64,000 bases of DNA from Bugula neritina. Lineage: Eukaryota > Animalia > Bryozoa. Shown piece by piece: positions 54,332-64,000 of this stretch. Under the pieces are notes generated by a model that was not told where the DNA came from, did no database searches, and saw only the letters and a list, made by a program, of their open reading frames with translations. The position numbers and the translations under genes are program-made. The DNA lies in the NCBI GenBank assembly GCA_964035545.1, contig OZ037767.1, forward strand, positions 6,836,707-6,900,706. The letters run 5' to 3'. Position 1 is the first letter of the stretch; the number at the start of each line of letters is the position of its first letter.

Positions 54332-55215
54332 AAGCCATGGAATGTGAGGAGGTCGGGGCGAGTCGTACTGACTCCCCGGCCACCGTGATTCCTGACCCGG
54401 CTGCTACCAGCCCACCCGAAGTTCCGATGCCGGAGCCTACACTCACCACCCAGCCAGAAGCAAGTACCCCCCCTCCGGTCGACGGCTCCCCGTCCGGTGA
54501 GGGTTCTCAGTTGAAGGAGGAGCCCCTGTACCAGCAGCTGGCTCTCCCCCAGATCTCAACGGAGCGACCCCACTGGACCACGGCAGAAACCCGTGCTAAA
54601 ATAGAGCGGGACTGTGGAGAGGCCGGCAACTGCAAGTGCCGCCAATGTAGTAGAAAGTTTACTACCAGGCGACTGCGAGTGCACGTGCCCCAACACTACA
54701 CCAACGTTTTCTGCCCGTGTGGCGAATTCTCTTTCCAAAGAGATTACGTGCTGAGGCACCAGCGAATAGCCCGCTGCCACACGGGTCAAATATTCGTTGT
54801 CGACGAGGCAACATTCCCCGAATTCCGGGATTTGATCCTCCCTCATATTTGTGACCCCCACAAACGGGTGACACTCGCCCAGGGGTTTCCGGCATGCCGC
54901 CCAACACAGGAAACCACTGACGAGGAGGCACCACCCACAGCCCGGCCAGCTGTCACCCGACCTCTCCGGGTTGTGTTGGCTAGGGTCGACGGGAATGGAG
55001 AGAGGGCCCAACAGGTAGCCGGCCACAAGAGAAGAAGGCGCCAGGATCCCAGAACCCCGGTTTCCACCCCAACCCCAGCAGTGCCGACACGATGCCCCCA
55101 TGAGGCTGAAGTTCTCCGGCTCCGCCGCCAGGTACGCCGGCTAGAAGATGACCTTTACGCTGTCCGCCGCCGTCTGGACAGACTGGAGGACCGCAGAAGT
55201 GACCGCCGCAACTAG
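54332..55215 (+). CDS. Element 2 ORF3: tandem zinc-finger / coiled-coil accessory protein (intact; frame open upstream into the Pol tail)
   Basis: Acceptor TTTTCTATTGCAG ending 54331, ATG at 54337; CRQC-x11-H-x3-H, CPC-x12-H-x5-C, FVVD..FPEF, HKRRRR, terminal heptads EVLRLRRQVRRLEDDL. Confidence 0.82.
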
Positions 55216-55970
55216 AATACGACCCATAACAATCAACCAGCTCAAACTGTACTTTCTTTATTTTTTTATCTGTAACTACTTGTACACCCCAAGATATTGT
55301 TTTTTTATATATTTGTATATTTGTTCTTTTTTTATGTGTGTATCGGAAAGAGATACTTTCCGATAGGGGGTGTGTGTAATGGATTTGCCCAAATATATTA
55401 TGTTCTTTTTTTTTGTAAGTAGAGTTATGTTCCCTCGCACTCGTTTTTCTTTTTATTATATGTGAGCCGAGACTCGTGCCAAGTCGGAGACCGAAGACAC
55501 GATGTCGGAGGGACCTGCCCGAGATCGGGCAGGACTCCCTCCGATGTCGGTCGGCGGAACTCCGACGTTCGTACGAGTTTCGGACCCCCATTAGTGGCGG
55601 GAATTCCCCTATATATAAGTGCGAGTTTTTCAAAGCTAAGTCATTATTGTACGGGAGCTCAAAGAAGAAAGAAGCAATAAATACTCTTAAATTTACAATT
55701 ATCAAGACTCTTTATTTTATCACAATAATTGGCATGCAGACTACTAGTCTATTCTCATAACCCACAAAAACACAACAATATACCATACTACTGAAATGCC
55801 ATATTGTAACATGAAACACATGACACAATTATAATAACATACCTAAAATGTATATGATTTCTAGGCATACAACATAACTTTATTTATATAATCAATGTTG
55901 CCTGTGGTCAAAATAGTTAATAATTATCTGAAAGTTGAAATAAAAATAAATATATTTTTATTATTTTCAG

Positions 55971-58149
55971 GTCATGTCATCAAAATGTGCCAGCACTGCA
56001 CACTGACAACCACTGAACATGCCATAGAGCTAACTAACAGACTAATAGAAGGCACTATCACTTACGAGCAAGTAGTGACCCAAAAAAGATTAAATGGCAT
56101 CATTTGTAGCGCTATATATGTAGTAAATGCTGATATTTACGAAATGAGAAGAGATGGCTGTGAGTCTGGATAAAAACAAATTCCAGAGCTACTCAAGTAA
56201 ATGGAAAACATTTCATGTCAACGAGAAAAAACAGCTTTGTTTGCAAAGGTAATAAGGGGTTGAAGAAAAAAGAAATAACTTTTAGGAAAAGAGATGGAAG
56301 CTTTTTAGATTTATTAATTATTCAATATAGGTTTGACAATATATCAGAAAACAAAGTAATTGTCAAACCCTATAGAAACTCTAAAAAACCAGTTCCTTTT
56401 TTTCCAAGTGACAGAGCATTGTTGCAAGAGCTAAAGGAAAAATCATCAGGCCTACATAGCAACGAAAACCCAGTGGCAATATACAACAAATGGGTCATAA
56501 ATAAAAAACTGCATACAGTGGGAACAATAGGGGCAGTGCCAGGAGATGTAAAACAAATAAGAAATTTTAGGAACAAAAAACAAGCAGATCCGGTGGAGTC
56601 ACTTTACGCATTGTATTTTGCGCAAAAGTCACATGATCAGTTTATCCAAAAAATTAGTTTTGATGATGGAAATTTAACAGTTATTCTATATACAAAGGAA
56701 CAATTGAAAATATTTGAAAAATGTGCCATAAACTTAAGGAGGCCACTTTACCTAGACACTACATTTAATCTAACGAACATGTACACAGTGACATTTACAT
56801 TGAGAGATGAGCGATTTGCTGGATCCCCAATAACAATTGGACCAACGATGCTGACTCAGAAAAATGGATAGTGGTAGCTACACTGTGTTCTTCCAACATC
56901 TCATCAGAAAGTTGCCAAAGCTACAACATAGACAATTGGTATTTGTAACTGATGGTGAAAAAGCAATACTAAAGGCTCTTCAAATATTTCCCAAAAGACA
57001 TGCATTTCGGTGTTTTTCACATGTGTACGATAACATCCAACGAAAGCTAACTCAATTATGCATACCAGCTAGCATAAAAAAGGTTATTTTATGACATTAG
57101 ACAAAAATTGAGTGGTGAGACAGAGAGTAAAATGAAAGAAGAGAGAAAAAACACCACTGAAAACTGGCAGAATATTAGTCGAAACAAATGCTACCAAAGT
57201 GTTTGCAAATTCATACACTATTTCAACGAACAAATCTGGGATTCTCTTATCGTAAATTCTAACGAAAAGATTCAAGAATACAATTTTGCGCCATCAACTT
57301 TTGTTACAACAAATGCCTCTGAGTCGTGTAATGCAATGATCAAAAGATGTTCAAGGAAAAAAATTGACAGTGTCTAACCTTTGCATCAGCCTAAAAGAAA
57401 TGGTTGATGGAATGTTAGGGGAAATCAAAAAGGGAATATCTGGAATATCAAAAAAATTTATCTTATTGGATACTTGGAAAGGCATAAAATTAGATACAAT
57501 TAGAACAATTAATAGTAAAAAGAATATAGAAATTTCGGACGAAAATGAAGTGATGAATTTGCTAATAAGTAAAGCTAGTAATGCAGAAGTTGTACAAGTT
57601 AGGAACAGTAAAGATCATGTTTCAAAATTTGATAACACCCCACGATATGAAACTATAATATCAAGGCACAACTCTCAACGATGCTGCAGCTGTGAAACCT
57701 ACAAAAATTTGATGACCTGTGCACATGTAGTGGCTGTTGCACAGCATGTTGGAGATGGAAGTTATTCCTCTATTAACTTGACACCGAAACCAAAGCTAAA
57801 AAACATTCTCGACAAATATGGAGGAAGAAAAAGAAATGAAAAGCCAAGGAAGAGGCGTGGAACACAGAAAGATAGCAATCAGTCCAAAAAGAGTATTTTC
57901 CGAAACAAATGTGAAAATGGATATAGTAGTATAACCGTAACAAATATTAGCAAAATGCAAGGATCTAGTGAAAATTCAGCTCTCACTACTGCGAACAAAT
58001 TACACTCTACTAATTTAGAATTCCTAGTAGTTAGAAAAAGTAGGCGCATAACAAACTGCTTTGGATGTAAACAAGATTTTAATTTATTTGACAGTTTTGT
58101 TATTCAACACAAACACAACTTTTTCATATTGACAAAATGTGCATCATGA
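55971..58149 (+). pseudogene. Mutator-like (MULE) DDE transposase with SWIM zinc finger, frameshifted
   Basis: LYLDTTFNL (D1), FVTDGEKAI (D2), RCFSHV (CxxH), TTNASESCN (E), SWIM CSC..CAHVVAV, then a basic GGRKR segment. Confidence 0.88.
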
Positions 58150-58836
58150 AATCAAAAATCTATAGATGTATTTTTTCTAACACCGTGGTAGCAGATGGAT
58201 CGATAGATTTCAAAAAAGTTCATCAGTTATGCTCTCGAAAAGGTATTACAGTAATTCCAAGGTAGTATATTTTCCAAATCATTTACCTATAACTAAAAAC
58301 ATTGTTCAACAAGACCATTAATTCAACAAATGTCATTTACTATATTTGCCTATACAAATGTTACTGTAGTTTTGTATTGTCCCGTTGAGCATTTTTTCCA
58401 ATAGTATTGTTGTACGACCACTGAGAAAAGTCTTTTTAAATAATTATATTACATTCATATTATATAGGTTTTGGTTGTAAATAAATTATAATTTTAATCG
58501 CATAAACTATTTAAATGCCACATTTAAAAATTGTTGTCCAAAGTCTTGCAACAGGTAATACTACTAAATTCATAACCATTGGTGTTTAATGTTGATTATT
58601 CAGTGTAATATAGTCATTAACAATCACTCAAATCATCAAATTTCACCTTAATTCCATGAAATAATGATTATTGAAATTAGGTCTCAGTCATGATTATTCT
58701 AAGAGTCTTATTCATTGGAGTCTCAAGCTACTCAAATGATATTTTGTTGCAATGTTTTTTGTATATTAAATTATTCTCCTCTAAATTAAACAAATTTAAC
58801 AGGTACAATAATCATTTTTATAGGACAGATTATTAT

Positions 58837-59128
58837 TGTAGTGGGGCGTGGAATATACGCCCCACGTGCCCTCTAGTAATCAGACGCTTTTATTTAGTTA
58901 GTCCCGGCTGTGTAAAGTCATGCGGGTCGTAAACAGGCTGAATTCATATTAAGACTAGTAGTGATGTGAAACAGTAATCGTGAATGGTACTGCGCAATAT
59001 ATATTTTACCTTGGATTGTATTTTTGTACAATAAAGACAACAATAAATAACAACAGTGGATTATTGTTAACTCGACAGACTAACCAGATTCACTAGAAAC
59101 CCACGCAACTATTGTGCGTCGCACAACA
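58837..59128 (+). mobile_element. Solo LTR
   Basis: TGTAGTGG..CACAACA ends; TTAT duplicated on both flanks; AATAAA and a CCCAC motif near the 3' end as in the other LTRs. Confidence 0.72.
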
Positions 59129-59189
59129 TTATTATGACATCAATAGCCACATCATTGGCTAGTGCAGTTGGTCAGTGGAATGGCAATAT

Positions 59190-61284
59190 TGTGGTAAATT
59201 TATGTTGTGTGAGTGTGTCCTTGGTTGCCGAGATCGGCACTTCGGTCCTCCGAAACACCGATATGCCGATTCTCGGCATATCGCCGATTCTCGGCATATC
59301 GCCGATTCTCGGCATATCGGACTACCGAAGTGCCGAGATGCCAAATTCGGTATTTCGGGCCTCCGATCTCGGCAAACAAAGGAATGTCTTTGTCCTGTGT
59401 GTATATAAAAGCCAGCGAGTTTCAGTGTAGATTCAGTGTACTACTGGAGCTCGCTGGATACAGACTATTGGATCATTCGGACTACAATAAAGCTACCTTA
59501 TCTTCTACCTTATTTCTCGCCTTGTTTCTCATAACAAGCATGTAGAGCACTAGTTTCATTCATAATCCACAAAACTATCACATTGGTGGCAGCGGTGGGA
59601 TTCTACGAATAGCTAGTTGCTGAGAGGAATAGGATGGCCCCAGGGGACTCAGCCCTGATAGTGAGACCGGCTTATCACGGCCTCTACTATCTATTCTAGA
59701 GGAGCGTATGGACACCGAGGAGGCCAGTCAGTCCGACTCCCCTCTCCCACCGGCTCCTGCTTCGGCTTCTCACAGCCAGCAGGACGCCACCTCCTCCACA
59801 GAGGTGTGTTCCGCCATCGTTAGTGGCCCTGACCCCAAACCGGTCGAGCTTTAGCTCATGGCCGGGGAGGAGCAGGGCATCTTACACGGCGACCACCTCG
59901 CAGCCGAAGAAGATGACTCCCCAATACTGGCCCTGCCTCGGGCCCTGGTCGCCCGCCAGTATTGGGTGACTGGACCCACCAATCTTAGGATTGGTGAAGC
60001 TTGCGGTGAGCTGGGCAACCGCATCTGCCACCAGTGCCAGAGGAAGTTCTCCTCTGCACGGCGGTTGCGTGTACACGCCCCACAGCACGACATCAACGTG
60101 TTTTGCCCGTGTGGCGAATTCTCTTACCAGAGAGACTATGTGCTGAGGCATCAGCGCATAGCTCACTGCCACACGGGCTACACGTTCGCTGTAAACCAGG
60201 CCTCCTTTCCCGAGTTTCGGGACCCGGTATTGCCACACGTGGCGGATCCCCATAAACGGGCTGCTCTCGCCCTGGGATTCCCCGCGTGTAGGCCTGTTCG
60301 TGAAGAAGGGGAGCCCGCCGCGACACCCCAACCGGCAGTCACCCAACCACTTCGGGTCCTGCTGGCACGGGTCGGATCAGGCGCCAGGACCGATTCATCG
60401 GACCTGGGCCCCCGGCCCTTGGCGGCGGGTGAGAAGCAGAGGAGACGTCCCAGTCACAGTACCACCGACCGCCCCAGACGTCGGCCCAATTGGAAGAAGA
60501 GGTGCGCCACCTACGCAGGCGGCTCCGCAGGTACGAGGAGGAGTTGGGGCAACTCAGGAGACGCGTGAGCCGCCTGGAGCGGGACCAATCTGGGGACCGC
60601 CGATGAGACTTTGTATATATATTTTTTTTCTTTTGATCTTATTTTCTTTGTTTTCTTTATGTGTGTGTGCATTCTTTCATGTAGTGTTATGTACTTATCC
60701 GTTACTCTGTTTTTTTTCTCATGTGTGCACAATTCTCTTTGTTTTTTTTGTTATCACTGCATGACTGCCGTATATTGTTTTTTTTGTGTGTATTGCTTGT
60801 CAACTGTGTGTTTTATTGTCGTGTCATATTCTGTTTGTGTGATTGTTGTTTGTGTACGCCTCTTTATCGGAAAGCATGCTTTCCGATGGGGGGGTGTGTG
60901 TGGTAAATTTATGTTGTGTGTGTGTGTCCTTGGTTGCCGAGATCGGCACTTCGGTCCTCCGAAACACCGATATGCCGATTCTTGGCATATCGGACTACCG
61001 AAGTGCCGAGATGCTAAATTCGGCATTTCGGATTCCCGAAATGCCGATATTCGGCATTTCGGGCCTCCGATCTCGGCAAACAAAGGAATGTCTTTGTCCT
61101 GTGTGTATATAAAAGCCAGCGAGTTTCAGTGTAGATTCAGTCTACTACTGGAGCTCGCTGGATAGACTATTGGATCATTCGGACTACAATAAAGCTACCT
61201 TATCTTCTACCTTATTTCTCGCCTTGTTTCTCATAACAAGCATGTAGAGCACTAGTTTCATTCATAACCCACAAAACTATCACA
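59190..61284 (+). mobile_element. 2.1-kb non-autonomous Gypsy derivative (element 3) carrying only ORF3
   Basis: LTRs 59190-59582 and 60899-61284; ATAT TSD 59186-59189/61285-61288; tRNA-Leu PBS at 59584; G-rich PPT; no recognisable gag/pol domains. Confidence 0.95.
59700..60606 (+). pseudogene. Element 3 ORF3 zinc-finger gene with one nonsense codon and one frameshift
   Basis: CHQC-x12-H-x3-H, FCPCGEFSYQRDYVLRHQRIAHC; TAG at 59852 (CAG in the 63 kb homolog); coiled coil EEEVRHLRRRLRRYEEEL..DRR* is in another frame after ~60470. Confidence 0.85.
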
Positions 61285-61787
61285 ATATATAATAGCAAGT
61301 GTACAATAAAGTTCTGTGTCTGGAAATTCTGGTGCATTCACATAGGGCCAGTTACAATCCTTGGCAGTATATTTTACGAGAGCGATAGATTTTGTGCAAA
61401 GTAGTACATCTTATATGATTATTGTAAGAGTATTATGTCAACCCATTATTATACAATCTATTTACCCAGCACTGTGTATGTTTTATAATGGTGACTAATG
61501 TCATTTAATATCATACCCTACTGTAATTTAAGGATATAATCAGGAAATCCTTAATATAATGTTAAGCTTCACAGTTGGACTCTAATAAAATACATTACAG
61601 TTCAATTAGTGAAGCAACCACTATTATACAAAATCTATTTCTAACAAGATAATTGCAGTGTGGCGCAATTTTATATTAGATTATTAAATTAAATAATTAT
61701 CTTTCGAACTGAGGAGTTTCACAGTGAATAACTTGATGTTTCGTGTTTGAATTGAGAGAAAAACAAGTATATTTTTATCACTTTTAG

Positions 61788-64000
61788 GTCTTGCCATCAA
61801 GATGTACCAGCCCTACAGACTGAGAGACTGATCACTACAGAACACGCAGTTGAGTTAACAAACAGAATAATAGAAGGCAGTAGGAGTTACAAGCAAGTAG
61901 TGACAGAAAACGAATAAATAACATTACTGGCAATGTTATATATGTAGTGAAAGCAAAATACACAAATGGTGTTATGAAATGAGATATGAGCTTAACGCTA
62001 GTATAAAAACAAATTTAAGAGCAACTCAAGTGAATGGCACGAACTTTATCTCAACCAGAAGAAAAAGTTTAATATGAAAAAGTAATGGATTAAAGGAAAT
62101 TGAAATAATTTTAATGAAACATGCAAGCTTTGTAAATTTGTGAGTTACTCAATATGAATTTGAAAACTTATCTGAAAGTAAAATAATTGTCAACCCACAT
62201 GAAAAGTAAAAAACAGATCCCCTTTTTCCAAGTGACCGAGCACTACTGCAAGAGCTGAAAGAAAAGTCAAGAGGTCAACGTAGCAGTGAAAACCAATGAC
62301 AATGTAGAGGACAGCCATAATTAAAACATTCCATACAGCAAGAACAATAGGGACAGTACCAACAGATATCAAACAGATCAGAAACTTCAAGACAAACATT
62401 GAACCAGATACAGTGGAGTAACTATATGAATTATCTTTTGAACAAAACCAGATAATCAATTTCTTCAACAGGCAGGTAAAAATTCTGAACCACGAGGCTC
62501 GGCCATTGCTACTACAGATACCACGTGGGTAACAGGTGATTCAAATTTGAAATTTAATTCAATTCCTGACATACGAAACTTGACTATGGGAATCACACTT
62601 CCAGAAGCTACTAACACTTCAGCAGATATTCCTTTAAGGTTGGATCCTCCGTGTACGGAGTCCAACCAATCTACTATTGACTGGTCTTTACTAGATTCTT
62701 TAGAATCTAACTTGGAACCTGAGACCGAGATGGATCTCGGAGACGACCCTGTCCATGACTTCTTGTTAGATCGAGACGTGGGCTCGGTTACTCTGTGACC
62801 CATTTCGGCCCCCAGTTTGTAACCTAGCTCCTTACAAGCGCATGCCGAATTTCGGCGATAGCGAGATCGGCTTGCCACAGCCTCTCCTATCTGTTTTAAG
62901 GAGACAGTGTGGATGTTGAGGAGGTTGAAGCGAGTTGTATCTACTTCCCTCCCCCACCGGCCCCTGTTCCGGCTCCTAGCAGCCAGCAGGGCGCCACTCT
63001 TCCCGCAGCGCCAATGGCCCTGACTCTAATCCGGTAGAGCTTCAGCTCACCGCCGGGGAGGAGCAAGGCATACTGCTCGGCGAGGACCCCGCAGACAGAG
63101 AGAAGGACAACTCCCCAATACTGGCTCTACCTCTACCTCACTCTAATATTTCTCTTTGTGGATGTATATATATCCACTGACTGAGAAGAGGTAGAAGAGA
63201 GAAGATATAGAAGAGAGCAGCTGAAAAGTGAGACGAAGACTTCCAAACCACACAACCCCAGAATACCTGTTCCTGCAGAAACTTACACAAGAATAAGATA
63301 ATCTATTGATCCTTTATATGTAATATTACATTTAATATCATCAACGCAAAGCCAAGCGAGTAGATAATTATTGTAGGTATAATAAAAATTACTTGAAATA
63401 GTTATAAAAAAATTGAGAAGGCAACTATATTTGGTCCCAACATTCAATCTTACCAATATGTATAGTGGTTTTTACATTGAGATATAAGGTGTTTTTTTAC
63501 GTTTATGAAAATATTTAACAAAGGCTCAGTCAGTTGTATCTACCACCTAGCATAAAAAAGCTATTTTATGTGAAATTATTCAAAAAAATGAGGGGTGTAG
63601 TGAAAAGCAAAACAAAAGAAAAAACAACACTACAACAGGCGGAAGATCAGCCACAGTGTCATCAAAATGTATGCAAGTTTGTACACTACTTTAATAAACA
63701 TGCTCAGGAGTCCCTAGTTGGAAATTCCAATGAAAAAATTCAAGAATATAATTTTACACACCATCAAACTTTGCCACAAGTAATGCTTCTGGGTTGTGCA
63801 ATGCCATGATCAGGAAATATCCAAGGCTAAAAATCAGCAGTATCAAAACTTTGTATGAGTTTACAAGAAATGATGTACGAAATGTCAGAAGAACTTGGAA
63901 TAAAAAATATTTCATTAGATTCTTCAAAAGACGCAATTAGATTCAATTACAATAATTATTAAAAAATGCATACAGTTTACATGATAAAGTGATGAATTTG
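61788..64000 (+). pseudogene. Second, more decayed copy of the MULE transposase, interrupted at ~62468-63450
   Basis: ITTEHAVELTNRIIEG, PFFPSDRALLQELKEKS, QNVCKFVHYFN, NSNEKIQEYNF match 55971-57400. Confidence 0.85.
62468..63130 (+). mobile_element. Internal remnant of the same Gypsy group (Pol tail / ORF3 5' part)
   Basis: PVHDFLLDRDVGSVTL matches element 2 PVHDYLLDQEVGRVSL; ~62857-63130 aligns with ~59657-59935. Confidence 0.82.

Larger units (their letters stand above)
50941..55777 (+). mobile_element. Internally deleted Gypsy element (element 2): lacks most of gag, protease and RT; keeps RNase H, integrase and ORF3
   Basis: LTRs 50941-51342 and 55375-55777 (2 substitutions + 1 indel seen); ATAT TSD; PBS 51344-51361; sequence jumps from a gag-like start (ATG 51442) to ILDTDASD at ~51534. 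Confidence 0.95.

Noticed and set aside
46400-58800. TIR/TSD boundaries of the MULE element and upstream exons at ~47080-49990
   Set aside because: No convincing terminal inverted repeats found by eye; the putative small exons are too decayed to call
59265-59318. CRISPR-like array
   Set aside because: Three head-to-tail 18-bp units with no spacers, inside a eukaryotic LTR
59601-59710. Element 3 as a retrocopy of the spliced ORF3 mRNA
   Set aside because: The pyrimidine tract and AG are still present, and the leader ATG (59634) is out of frame with ORF3, so this is a deletion and not a splice junction

Overview
AT-rich, intron-containing animal genomic DNA (invertebrate-like; species not determinable). 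Four host genes lie in two head-to-head pairs: GCC1(-)/PPP1R14-like(+) and BCDIN3D(-)/SWT1-like(+). They are flanked by TE-dense ends. Left end: a decayed LINE interrupted by an LTR and a TA-flanked pogo/Tc1-like element, then a very young 7.5-kb Ty3/Gypsy element with apparently identical LTRs. A full-length intact LINE sits in a SWT1 intron. Right end: two decayed copies of a Mutator-like transposase (the first apparently spliced to an N-terminal OTU protease exon), overrun by related Gypsy insertions (three solo LTRs, two internally deleted elements, one internal remnant). Best candidate for a new system: these Gypsy elements (tRNA-Leu PBS, mostly ATAT target duplications) carry an extra gene in the env position. 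It encodes a tandem zinc-finger + Arg-rich + coiled-coil protein with no visible signal peptide or TM helix. It follows a phase-1 splice acceptor conserved in four copies, with a matching phase-1 donor early in gag of the full element. It survives in derivatives that lost gag/RT, and co-occurs with a covarying pre-PPT hairpin and structured TCGG/CCGA LTR arrays. All calls are by eye; no searches were run.
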